This document shows positions 23,305 to 35,140 of a DNA stretch of 64,000 nt, one piece after another; the first letter of the stretch is position 1, and each line of letters begins with the position of its first letter. The DNA is from Hypanus sabinus (Eukaryota): contig NC_082732.1 of NCBI RefSeq assembly GCF_030144855.1, positions 16,120,001-16,184,000 of the forward strand, in the 5' to 3' direction. The notes beneath the pieces were generated by a model. It was not told the DNA's origin and made no database searches. It saw only the letters and a list, made by a program, of their open reading frames with translations. Position numbers and translations under genes: made by a program.

Positions 23305-24709
23305 GTAAGTCACTTTCATGGTATTGTAACACCTATATGGGTCACCCAAATCTGTATAAGCACTCCCATCTTGCATTAAGATTTCCCTTACAGCGTTACT
23401 GTGTTCCCTAATGTCATACTGGAACTGACGTTGTCCGTTTCAGTGCCGTATTCACAGGTGATGTGTTGCAAGTTCTAACCATCACTGGAAATTGGTCTAA
23501 TAGGTATAATCTGCACAGCTAACCCCTAACAGGGCATTCCACAATAGAAGCAATATTCTTCCAGCCAATGGGTAATACAGCTACTTCATGAATGGATGAT
23601 CCTGCTATGAGAGAGTGTTCCCAAGTTATCAGAGGAGCCTGGGCCTGCTGGGGAAGGACAGTGCCCAGAACAGTCCATGAAAGCAACTGAGGCCCTCCAG
23701 GTAGTCATGACAGGAGGTTGCCAAGGTAACCTCTGAACAGAGTAATACAACGTGACTGCAGTCTATGAATACCTGCACTCTGAGGAAGCCTGCAGCGAAG
23801 GAAGTCTTCTCTTCTGAAATACGAAGTTTGAGATTAGGGAAGATGCAGAATTTTGGAAGGTGGCTTCTTTGGGCATAGTCAGCAATGGTGAAGCTTCAGA
23901 CAAGATGATCTCGGAGAGCGTGTGTTTCTGTGTCAACAATGAGTGATGAAGGTCGTACCTGGTGGCCTTCTCGTACACTGTCCCCCTGGTTGCCGCTGAT
24001 GTGTCTGATGCCAGCAGTAGTTTTCCATGCAGCCAGCTGGGCAAATCTCCATCGGAAGTTAATATGAGTACAGATATATCGTCGTAAATCAGTTCTGAGT
24101 TCAAATACGTCGCACGACTCTAAAAAAAAAGTCAGTTTCAGTGTGAGCGATGTATGCAGAATGCAACGAGTTAATAGAGTAACGGGGCACAGCCTGAGAA
24201 AGAAAAGATCTTTAAAAGTTGTTGATCCATAAATAAGTCAGTTCTCAAACCAGCGAGATTCTGAGTAGTGCTGGAGACGATTTTTGGGCATTGGCGACAA
24301 CTTGGGAAGTTTTACCCAGGGGAAGGGTGTTGGGGTAGATGAAAATCTCACCAGGAGCGTAAGCGTTTGAACTTCCTACTCCCCCCAAGATACCAGGATG
24401 CTGTGAGATACTCCCCAGTCCACATTAAGTCTAATATCGATCTTACCGCAGTGTTTGCCGGAATTGTGGAAAGAGTTTATTTAAGCCTGTATCTGCTTCA
24501 TGTCCCTCCTGATGTTCGATTCCATTGAAAATTTATGGAGGAATTCAGCATCGCCCTGCGGTGTCCTTTCGAAGAAAGCAAGCGCAGATTCACTTCCATT
24601 ACAACTATGCACTATAATTGCAAAGCACACCTTTGGAATGGCTAGTTTAAGTATGCAAATACATGTCATGAGGTGCTGCACAGTTAACCAGTCACTCTTG
24701 TATTTCCAG

Positions 24710-24798
24710 CATCCGGCTGCGGAAAGAGTTACTACACCCCATATGCCTCAAAGGTGGTTAATGGAGTTGATGCGAGGCCATACAGCTGGCCATGGCAG
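24710..24798 (+). CDS. CELA3: Elastase gene 1 exon 2
   Basis: cag|(A)[29 protein letters not shown]|gtgag; contains the activation site. Confidence 0.95.
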
Positions 24799-25875
24799 GT
24801 GAGAAAACAGGGTTTTAAACTCAAACTCCCTAAATACTAGAAGACAGAGGAAAACCAAACAGGAAGTATAAAAATTCAATCAGTGACTGTGGAAATAACA
24901 GGATTATCCTGCAGAAGCTAAATGTCCTCTATGCACGTACAATATATCCTCTGGTTCAAGTGCTTCAAGTGCCTTTCAAAGGCAAGGCACAAGGAAATGG
25001 GAGAAGCTAGGGATCAAAAAGTCATTAGAAACTAGTCATGATTAAATGCCTCTTGAATTTTATGAGGTTGACTTAGCAAAATGAAGAGCAAGGGGAGGGT
25101 AACAACAAATGTGGCGTAGTGGTGTTGCTGTCTCATAGAGGTTTAGTCCTGACCCCTGGGACTGCCAGTGTGGGAATTTCTCATCCCATCCCCCCGCGGT
25201 TTCTTCCCATATCCATCAATGTCGTCAGATGTTTCACAGCCAGTAGGAAAGGAAAATGGCGTCTTGCTTTTCCTTCTCACTCAACAGCAGCAGCCTTGAA
25301 AATACAGTAAGAGTAGCCTAGATAGCATGGTCATCTTCTGGCCACGGTTTTCACTCTGTACTGAACAGAGCCAAAACTAGGGGGATGCGGGCGGGAAATA
25401 CAATAAGGCAGTTATCAGTTGCCGAATAAAATGAAAGAACAACTTGGATTTACAGCATATACTCCCATTAACATAGCAGAACTTCCAAAGCCGCAGAGCC
25501 AGCAACAAACATTTGACGGAATGCCAAGTAAAGAGACATTAAGGCTGGTGTTTGTCAAAGTAGGTTAATGTGCATCTCAAAGGGAAGTGGGGGGGGGGGG
25601 AGAAAGGAGAGGAGTAAGAATGAGAGTGCAGATGTTAGAGACTTGACTGCTAAGTGTGGTGGCAGTAGTGAGAACAGGAGGAATGCTGAGGTCTACCTGC
25701 TGGTTTAGAAAGGTACATGTTATTTAGATTTAGCTTTTTTATTTTAGTATTCTTCATGCCTTTAATAAATCTTTAAAGTTTTTTAAAATTTTTAAATGAT
25801 TTACAAACTTGACTGACCCTGAATACCACAGACACTATTGAAAAACCTTGTTAGCTTTGACAGGAGGTACGGCTT

Positions 25876-26092
25876 TGTGGTGATCTACATATACCTGTCT
25901 GGACAAGCCCCCCTGCTGACTGCTCCTGTGGCTCCTCCCACAGACCCCTGGATAAAGGCGATTGGAGGCACTGCTCCTCCCTCAGTCTCCAGGATGTTGT
26001 GTGGTGGTCTCTTGCTGCTAATCGTGGTCTCTTGCCTCTAATAAAGGCCCATCATTCGCCTCCCGTCTCTGAGAGTTATTGATGGTGCATCA
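25876..26092 (+). mobile_element. Solo LTR related to the 12286 Gypsy LTR
   Basis: TGTGGTGATC...GTGCATCA; flanks ggctt / ggctc. Confidence 0.88.
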
Positions 26093-26563
26093 GGCTCCAC
26101 TCCCAGGTTTGTGCTCTTTCCAAAGATGTCAAGGCGTTCCAAAGAATCGCTACATGAAGCCAATTTTCCTGTCTCTTACTGTCTGGTTCAAGGGTGCAGG
26201 GAGTCAAAGCCAAGTCCATGCAAGTAGGCATGGGCTCTGGGCATGAGCCTTGTCTACAAGCAATCACAGTTCTGTTCAGCAATGTAACCAAGGTGCAGAT
26301 GCTGATGAGAAATGGAAAGAGTCTTAAGTCATAACCTCCGGAAATTACAGAGGAAATGGTGTAGGAAATGGAAGAAAAGTAATTTTTAGGATCCTCTGGT
26401 TGCGAGTAGAAAATTAAAGTAGAAAAGAATCAAGAATGATTGTGAGAGAAGGAGGTGAGGAAAATGCCTCCAATCAGAATCACCCATCAAGGAAGAAAAG
26501 TGAGTACAGAACATGTTGCAAAAAAAAAGTGAGATGTTAACTTGCAGTCTTGTTTACTATTAG

Positions 26564-26667
26564 GTTTCTTTGCAAGTTGGATATCCAGGTACCAATTGGT
26601 TTTCTCACACTTGTGGTGCAACGCTAATTTCCTCAAACTGGGTTATGACAGCAGGCCATTGTATCTC
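26564..26667 (+). CDS. CELA3: Elastase gene 1 exon 3 (catalytic His)
   Basis: tag|[34 protein letters not shown](S)|gtgagt. Confidence 0.95.
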
Positions 26668-26760
26668 GTGAGTATGGCTGCAGTTTCAATATATTTCCTT
26701 CCTTTTCATCAGGTTCTGATATAAATGTGGTTTATATTTGATGCTGTTTTTTGTTAATAG

Positions 26761-26889
26761 CTCTGGAAGGGACTACCGTGTGGTACTGGGAGAGTATGAC
26801 AGAGATGTTGTGGAGGGTGGAGAGCAGATTATAAGGCCCAGTGGTATCTTTGTTCATCCACAATGGAATATAAACTGTGTGGCCTGTGG
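26761..26889 (+). CDS. CELA3: Elastase gene 1 exon 4
   Basis: tag|SGRDYRVVLGEYDRDVVEGGEQIIRPSGIFVHPQWNINCVACG|gtaagt; CVACG is characteristic of CELA3/proteinase E. Confidence 0.95.
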
Positions 26890-27049
26890 GTAAGTCATAA
26901 CCTCATTAGACGCTCCTTATTGATACATCATATATTGTCCAAATTGCTTATAGTAAGGAATCTATAACAATTGTGCAAAAGCTATTCAGAATTAAACTTA
27001 AGATGCTTCCATGAACTGTTTGTTCTTCTGCTATCTGGTAAACATTACA

Positions 27050-27345
27050 GGAGCATCAAAACAAAAACCACAAGGCTACTAAACAGCTTCCTCCCACAAG
27101 CAGTCATTCTGCTGAATAGCTGTTCTACCTGACTCTGCTTTGGACACTTTTAACTTGCACTGGACACTTATAACTGACATGTGGCTGTTGTGTTTTACTT
27201 CTTATTGTTATGTTTATTACTTAGTGTTGCGTTTGTTATGTTATGATTGCACTGCTCCTGGGAAACGCTGTCTCATTCTGCCCTGCAGAGCTGATGTATG
27301 GTTAGAATAACAATAAAGTTTTTGAATCTTGAATCTTCAATCTTC
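27050..27345 (+). mobile_element. Rex1-type LINE 3' end with (ttgaatc)n tail
   Basis: RLLNSFLPQAVILLN-like remnant, AATAAA and a short-repeat tail. Confidence 0.6.
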
Positions 27346-27867
27346 AAATGCCCAGGACTAAACAATGTCCAGCTCTTACCACATACGGTCATGACTTGAT
27401 TCTTCTTTGAAGAGTATTAGTTATTTCAAGGCCGATCTTCACTGAAAGTTCGGTACCATCCGTGCCTGGATGGAGGGTGAAGCAGCCTCCTCTTTGCCAC
27501 TGGCGTGGACTGTCAAACTCTTGTCTGCACGACATGTATGACTTGAACCACTGTTTCTGAGCAGAATACTGCAGAGAGTCAAAGCGTTATAGGACCCTCC
27601 GGCCTACAAGAGTCACTGTAGCTATTACGTAATTTTTTTCTGCACTAGTGTAGAAAGAAAGTCTCTATGTACTGAGACTAACGAATAAGTGGTGTGCATG
27701 GAGGGGTTTCAGATGATGAGTCACATTTATTTTTTGGGTATTGAATGCTGGCAATCATTACCTCCTGGCTGTGTTCCTCAGTGACATTTCCCAATGTTGG
27801 CGAAGTGATATCCAATTCATTTTGAGAGTATTCCAAGTTTCCTCTGTGAAAGGTCCCAATGAAGGAC

Positions 27868-27905
27868 CAGTCCTGAGGAAGGGTCTCGGCCCGAAACGTC
27901 GACTG
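27868..27905 (+). ncRNA. Minimal type-I hammerhead ribozyme motif (PLE-derived; fragment extends to ~27956)
   Basis: Stem I cagtc/gactg, CTGAGGA, stem II GGGT-CTCG-GCCC, GAAA-CG-TC. Confidence 0.75.
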
Positions 27906-27956
27906 TTCATTCCTTCCTGTAGATGCTGCCTGACCTGCCGAGTTCCTCCGGCATTT

Positions 27957-28295
27957 TAGAAACATAGAAAACCTACAGCACAATACAACCCTTCAGCCCC
28001 CAACGCTGCGCAGAACATGTACTTGCTTTAGAAATTACCTAGGTTTACCAATAGCCCTTCATGGACCTATCCAGGAGTCTCTTAAAAGACTCTATCGTAT
28101 CTGCCTCCACCACCATCGCTGACAGCCCATTCCAAGCACTCACCACTCTCTGTGTAAAAAACTTACCCTGGACATCTCCTCTGTACCTACTTCCAAGCAC
28201 TTTAAAACTGTGCCTTAACGTGTTAGCCATTTCAGCCCTGGGAAAAAGCCTCTGGCTATCCACATGATCAGTGCCCCTCATCATCTTATACACTT
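27957..28295 (-). mobile_element. CR1 LINE 3' end
   Basis: YKMMRG..RLFPR...FFTQRVVSAWNGL remnant and CR1 tail. Confidence 0.8.
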
Positions 28296-28714
28296 ATACA
28301 CTCCTGTGTGGAGCAGTCTGTACTATTGGAAATGCCACTATCTCGCAAACTCCCCTCACTCCCTCTGCCAGCTGCAGTATGCTCAAGGAGAAAATTTGGA
28401 CTTCAACTCTCCTTTGGTCAAGAAATGTTTGTAATATTCATAATTCAGCAAGTTCTGAGAAAAACTGGGAGGGTAGTAATTCAGTGTCTCAAATTCAATT
28501 TTCTTGGTATGATGTGGTAGGATAGGACAGGACTCTGAGAAGCCCTTCTCGGAGAAGTGAATTCTCCTAGGTATGTACCAAGGTCAACACTTCTTTCCGT
28601 AAGGGAACAGTAAGCATGAATATGTGACTTGCATGGCCTCAATTGTTGAAAGGGGGATTTTGCTTAACTATTTGAGTAAAAGGAAAACGTGCTTCAAAAT
28701 TGATTAAGTGGACA

Positions 28715-29075
28715 GCACACTAGAATAGCTGGTAGAGCTGCTGCTTCACAGATTCAGCAACCCAGTTTTAATCCCGATGTCTGATGCTGCCTGCGTGGAG
28801 TTTGTGAATACTCTCTGTGACCAAGCCCACCTCCCCCACCCCCTGCAATTAACTCCGAGTGCTGTAGTTTCCTCTCACGTCCCAAAGACAGTTGGGTTCA
28901 TAAAGTAATTGGGCACCATTAATTGCATTTGGCAGTTAAGTGTGTGGTAAAATCTGGGGACGGATGATAGAAATGTAGGAAGGGTAAAATGGGATTTGCA
29001 TAAATTGATGCTTGATGCCCAGTCTAGATTCAGCAGACCGAAGGGCTTGTTTTCTGTGTTGCATAACTGAATAAC
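28715..29075 (+). mobile_element. tRNA-derived V-SINE (HE1-like)
   Basis: tRNA-like head, central tgcgtggagtttg...tcccaaagac domain and CR1-like 3' tail. Confidence 0.65.
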
Positions 29076-29109
29076 TGAGCATTAAGTAGGAATCTCCATT
29101 CTTTTGCAG

Positions 29110-29246
29110 GAATGATATCGCTTTAATCAAGCTCGCAGAGCCTGCAGTCTTGAATGACAAAGTTCAGGTTGCTTGTATTCCACCTTATGGCGAACTTCTT
29201 CCCAATGACTTTTATTGCTACATTACTGGATGGGGCCGGCTATACA
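29110..29246 (+). CDS. CELA3: Elastase gene 1 exon 5 (catalytic Asp)
   Basis: cag|[45 protein letters not shown]|gtaagt. Confidence 0.95.
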
Positions 29247-30562
29247 GTAAGTCAGCACAAACCACCAACATTTTTTCTTCTGGCAAAAGGTCACCAGTCT
29301 TTCCTCCCTCTCCGCAGTTGTTACTGGACTTGATGAGGATCTCCAGCATTTTCTTTATTTTAGATTTCTAGCAAATGTACACTCGAAAGGTAGGACGAAT
29401 GGCGGGAGCATTCTACAGGTGGACAAAGATGGGAGACTTTGAGGAGGGTGTTTTAGGATGGTAGGTTTACAAGGCTGTTGTAACTGTGAACAAAGTCACC
29501 AGAGGGACATGGAGGATAGTGGATATAGAAACTTTTATTCTAGCAAAATAAGTATACAAATGTCATACTCGAGGCACCCCTGGAAGAAGAGGCCTGTCTG
29601 ACCCAATATTACATGACATTTTTATCTGCTAAAGATCAAAGGTAACAGCAGGGCAATTCTATCGTTACAATGTATCTACGGCGCTTGCTTTGAATCACAT
29701 ATCATTTTCAAACAACTTAGTCTTCACACCCCCATTTCAAACACCAAAATGAATGTTGGTTCCCACCCACTCTGGGCTGTAGTCGGGCTTATGCAGGCTT
29801 ATGTGGTCAAGTAAAAGGCCATTGTTCAGAGTTGCATTTTAAGTTCAATCTACTGTCCACTTTCAGGTCTGAAGACAGGCAGCTGTTAAAATTAGTATTT
29901 GCTATATACCATAATCCCAGAAATGCCCTAACAAAGGCCATGTGGATTTATTAGTATTGCTTATTAAGAAAGGTTTAGGAAGTTATGGGCAAAACAAAAG
30001 CAAATAGGACTAGCTTGGATGGGTACCTTTTTTTGGCATGGACCAGTTCTGACGCAGTATCTCTCCATGAGTCTGTCGGAAGTATGGACATCTTAACCTA
30101 AAGTCAGGGAGCACATGGATTTACGGTTGTGAGTAGCAAAAGTTTAAATGAGTTGAAGTCTACAAAGTGGGCAGAATCTGAAAGAGCCTCTGGAAGTCAC
30201 TGAAATTGTTGGGTCTGGGAGTTTAGAACAGTACGACAGGGTTTTGGCTCAACAGCTTCTGAAGTTAGCTATGACACCGCAGAGCCTCGTTGTCATCAGT
30301 TAATGTCTTGACATAGTTAAGAGTGGGATGAAGAGCTTTGTTCTTGACACCGAGATTTTTTTTTTTGCATTTTGAATTGGACAGCTCTCTCTCTTTTCCA
30401 TAAAGAGAATGGTGAGAATCGACCCTTGGCCAAGGCAAAGAATAGTGACAGCAGGGACCTTTAGAGAAACTCAGTATCATTAATGCAACGTTTACAGGTG
30501 CACTTACTTAGTGATATTGTTGACATTTCATCATTGTGACTGGAATATTTTTGTCATTCCAG

Positions 30563-30705
30563 CGAACGGACCACTTCCAGCAAAGCTGCAGCAAGCTTAC
30601 ATACCAGTCGTTGACTACGCCCATTGCAGTGCCCCAGACTGGTGGGGCACGACTGTGAAAGACACCATGGTTTGTGCTGGAGGTGCCGAAAAGTCCGGAT
30701 GCAAT
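30563..30705 (+). CDS. CELA3: Elastase gene 1 exon 6
   Basis: cag|(T)[47 protein letters not shown]|gtgcgt. Confidence 0.95.
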
Positions 30706-31328
30706 GTGCGTAGTAAATCCAGATATTTATTTGAGCCTATTTAAGTGAGAGATAAGGCAGGTCCTTTCACATGGCTAACTTGAGGTCCCAAAACTCCAAC
30801 CCACAACATAATGAAGAAGTGCCAATAGACGCCACACAATGCCCCCAGCAAGTGAGGTAATTGGTTCTAAACTCTGTTACCTCCAGGTAATGAACCCAGC
30901 AATGTTTCAGTTGGAAGCCTCTCTATCCACAGTGAAACTCTAGCTGCATTTGCAACTTATGGTTCTGGCAGCCCAAGTTGCTGGAAGTTGTGGTGCCTAA
31001 CTGCCATCAGAGTGTTCTGGTCCACTGGATTGTGGGTGGGACTTGAGGTTGACTGCTGGAAGTCAGTACTACACATCTCTCTGAGCACAGAGTCTTACAC
31101 TAGGCCCACTGCAAACTTACCAAATGGTAATTCACATCCTGACCTGTACGCAATGATGTTTTCGATCCATGAAATGAGCATTTACTATCCAAATCCCTAA
31201 GTTGTTGTCTATTCCAAATCCTTGGCAATTTCAGAGAACAGTCGAGAGTCAAAAACTTTGCAGAGGATCACATGTAGGTTAGACTTGGTGAAGACAGTAG
31301 ATTTCTTTTCCTGTAGGACCTGACAGGT

Positions 31329-31524
31329 TGATGCACTATCAATAACTCTAGGAGACTGGAAGTGAATGATAAGTTTTTACTAACAGCGAAAACAGAGCAC
31401 GAGCATGTTGAATGACTGTGGGAGGAGCGGTGCCCCAATCACCTTTATCCAGGGGTCAGTGGGAGGAACGACAGGAGCAGTCTGCAGAGGGACGTGTCCA
31501 GACAGGTATACATGGTTTACCACA
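31329..31524 (-). mobile_element. Solo LTR related to the 12286 Gypsy LTR
   Basis: Minus strand TGTGGTAAAC...GTGCATCA; flanks acctt / acctg in element orientation. Confidence 0.85.
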
Positions 31525-31856
31525 AAGGTTTCTACGTTAATCACTAGGGCACTCTCGACCCGGGCATCAACCACAAACCTGACCACGTCTATTAACCTTG
31601 TGTCTGGCTGTTCAAGCAAGCCACAGTCCAGATGTTGGCCCCAGTTTTGGCTTCATAACCAACTCTCACTCTGGACCACTGAGTTGATTTATCAATCAAC
31701 CACAAACTGAGGCAAATTCTGCAAGTGTTGTAATTGAATTAACAGATACCACCAGACAAGAACGATCTACATTTCCAAAGTGGTGTCAAATTCATTTAAG
31801 ACTGTTGGGGTATAAATTGGGAGGAAAGGTAATTTTTGATGAGTTTTATTCATCCG

Positions 31857-31857
31857 T

Positions 31858-31904
<47 letters not shown>

Positions 31905-31906
31905 TT
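31857..31906. repeat. (TTTA)n microsatellite
   Basis: About 12 perfect units. Confidence 0.95.
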
Positions 31907-32157
31907 GTACCATTGCAGAGTTAGAATGCTGCCACGTTAAACTTACACAAGAGTGTACTTGACAACAATGATATGCGAAATAATCACATTCCAACATTTC
32001 CAATTTATCTTTTGTTCACCTAATAGAGGAGAGTCATTTTGATGAAGTATTATGGAGAATTTCCAGCTCGTACTGAATAGTGTTGTAATGAGTGTTGGTA
32101 ATTACCAGAGAGGAAGAAATTAAAAAGTAGAAACAATTTTTTTCTCATTTTCTTCAG

Positions 32158-32310
32158 GGAGACTCAGGTGGACCTTTGAACTGCCAGGGTTCTGATGGAC
32201 TTTGGTATGTCCATGGTGTAACCAGCTTTGTGTCAGGCTATGGATGTAACACCTATAAGAAACCCACAGTCTGGACTCGAGTATCCGCCTTCACTTACTG
32301 GATTGCTCAG
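32158..32310 (+). CDS. CELA3: Elastase gene 1 exon 7 (catalytic Ser)
   Basis: cag|[51 protein letters not shown]|gtaggt. Confidence 0.95.
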
Positions 32311-32864
32311 GTAGGTACCATTTTCATGCAGAAAGGAATGTTAACATGTTGGACTTGTTATGCAAATCAGAGATGAAATGTCAGCTCAGTCTGATGTCCC
32401 TGGGTCAGTGCATTCATTCCACTATCCCATTCATTTGCACCATATTTCCTTTAGTCTTTTGAATTTTAAAATTTAATTTATTCAGCTAAATTTCTTTTCA
32501 ATCCAACTTTTGGATTGTTTCGTGATCTAAAACTTATCATGATGAATTAAGTTCTTTTGCATTCCCCAACAGCAGAAATCTGTCATTGTTCAGCAGAATG
32601 TTGGTTCTTAATGGCCGGCAGCATGTCACGTAGACCTTCCGTAACAGTTGAAACTCTGGTTCTTGTTACAGCCTTTGCTTTTATACCCTTCATAACTATA
32701 TTTTTGAGCCCTGGTATCGACTGATCTAACTTTTCTATGGCTCTGCACTCCCTGATTTAAAAGTAGCCCAACTAAAGTGTTTATATATATTTTCTAACAT
32801 CTCCGCCTTTAAGCATAGTATACTGTGCATTCAGCAAAAGGATCTGTTTGCCTTTAGGGCTTCA

Positions 32865-33310
32865 AACATCAGAATCATAATCAGATTTATTTTCACTGTC
32901 AAATGACATTAAATTTGTTTTTTTTTCCGCAGCTGTGCAATGTAAAGCATGAAGTTACTATAAATTGCAAAATAAATAGTGCAAGCAAAAGAAATAATAA
33001 GATAGTACTCTTGTCTTCATGGACTGTCAGAAATCTGATGGCAAACTGTTCCTGAATCATTGAGTGTGGGTCTTCAGGCTCCTGTAAGCTCTCTCTGATG
33101 GTAATAATGATCAAAGGGCATGTCCCAGATGGTGAGGGTCCTGCCTTCTTGAGGCATTACCTCTTAAAGAAGTCCTTGATAGTGGAGTGGGACCCCCGAC
33201 CCCCCAGTTGTGCCCATGATGGAGCTGGCCTCTGTAGCCTGTTGTAATCCTGTGAACTGAAGCCTCCGAACTGCGCTGTGGTGCAACCAGTTGGAATGCT
33301 CTCCACATCT
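32865..33310 (-). mobile_element. Rex1/Babar-type LINE fragment
   Basis: DPHHLGHAL remnant; same family as 2585-2995. Confidence 0.65.
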
Positions 33311-33743
33311 ATGATAGCATAATAACATAAGCAGGAGACCAAGGAACTCTGTAAGCTGCCTGTGTTTAGCTTATTAGGGTAAGTGGTAAAGATCTAACTG
33401 CCCTAGACCGAAGGGCAGCGACGAGTCTCCCACCATACCCCTAACTAGTGAGTAGTTGTCACTGAGCCCAGTCGTCATTATCCGTTGAGAATAAAAATGG
33501 AAGTGCCACCTCAATGAAGGATGGTTTGGACTCGCAAGTGGGAAATTTGGGCTGAAAATCTGCATAAACATACAAAAGCAAGAGCAGGTGGAGGACTGTT
33601 TTCAGGCATTACTACAAAAGTAGCAAGGGGTTCGATTACCTCGTCCACTGCACCCAGAAGGAAGCAAGGATTTTGGAATAATCCTGAATGCCTGGAACAC
33701 AGCTCAACCTCTCCAAATCTGGGTTTTAAATTATTAGGACTGC

Positions 33744-33960
33744 TGATGCACCGTCAATAACTCTCGGAGACGGGAGGCGAACGATAGGCTTTTATTAGCC
33801 GCAAGAGACCACGATTAGCAACAAGAGACCACCACACAATATCCTGGAGACTGAGGGAGGAGCAGTGCCTCCAATTGCCTTTATACAGGGGTCTGTGGGA
33901 GGAGCCACAGGAGCAGTCAGCAGAGGGGCTTGTCCAGACAGGTATATGTAGTTCACCACA
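33744..33960 (-). mobile_element. Solo LTR related to the 12286 Gypsy LTR
   Basis: Minus strand TGTGGTGAAC...GTGCATCA, highly similar to 25876-26092; flanks gcagc / gcagt. Confidence 0.88.
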
Positions 33961-34539
33961 GCTGCCTATCAGGTCAGAAACATAAGTAGTTGTGGACATT
34001 GAAAAAAATACTGTTTGGTGTGACTGCTCACTTCCGTTGTTCTTCCTCAAGATGAGAAGCAAAAGGAATCCAGTGTCTCCTGACACTGACATTAATTATT
34101 GAAAGGGCTGTTGATGGAAATTGAGCAGATCATCATCAGACTGTGCTGTATGTGTCAAGGAGCCATGGTCAACAGCTCGGTGGCATCCAGCAGTGGAACT
34201 AGACCTGAGGTGGGAGCTGGGATTCAGATGTGAACCTTCAATGGACAGTAACGACTCAAAGGGAGCATCAGAATAGTGTGATCTAAAAGCCTTTTGAGAC
34301 TTTAGAAAACATCACAAGCTCTTGATGCAGGAAATGGGATTTTAGTGGACAGGGTGAATCAAGGCAAGTTTTGGACCAGCACACATAGGCTGCTGAAGCA
34401 GAGGATCTACCGTACAAGATGCATCTTAGTCACGTGCCAATTCATGGGTAACCAATGTGTGGCTACCCTCGTGGGTAACCAATGTAACAACCTTATATAC
34501 AGGCAGTACACTGTGAGTGCTGGGACTCCGAACATGGAA

Positions 34540-35138
34540 TGTCAGAGAACAGGGCCAATTATAGAGAAATCCAGTGCATCAATGCAGCCACAAAGAAGGC
34601 ATGACAGTGGCTATACTTCATTACGAATTTGAGAGGATTTGGCATGTCACCAAAAACACTTGACTGTTCCTACAGTCATACCTCGGAGAACTTTCTAACT
34701 GGCAACATCACCTTCTGGTGGGGAGGTGGGGGGGTGCTACTGCACAGGATCGAAGTAAGCTGCAGAGAATTGTAAGCTCAGTCAGCCCCATCATGGGTGC
34801 TCACTTCCGTAGTATCCAGGACATCTTCAAGGAGCAACGTGTCTATCATTAAGCACCCCCACCACCCAGTTGATGCCTTATTCTCATTGCTACCATCAGG
34901 AAGGAGGTACAGAACCCTGAAGGCACACACTCAATGATCAGAAATAACTTCTTTCTCTTTGCCTTCCTGCTTTTGAATGAGTGTTGAACCCACAAACACT
35001 ACCTCAATACTTTTTTTATTTACGGTAATTCACAGTTTTTTTTCTCTGTTATTATGCATTGCATTGCACTGCTGCTGCAAAGTTAACAAATCTCACGACA
35101 CATACGCTAGTGATAATAAACCTAATTCTGATTCTGAA
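34540..35138 (+). mobile_element. Rex1/Babar-type LINE 3' portion
   Basis: QWLYFI...FGMSPK, LFSLLPSGRRYRTLKAHTQ remnants and a (ttctga) tail. Confidence 0.7.
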
Positions 35139-35140
35139 AA

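Noticed and set aside
25250-25400. YY1-like (AAAATGGCG) and E2F-like (GGCGGGAAA) motifs as an intronic promoter
   Set aside because: These short motifs are expected by chance, and there is no CpG island or other support.
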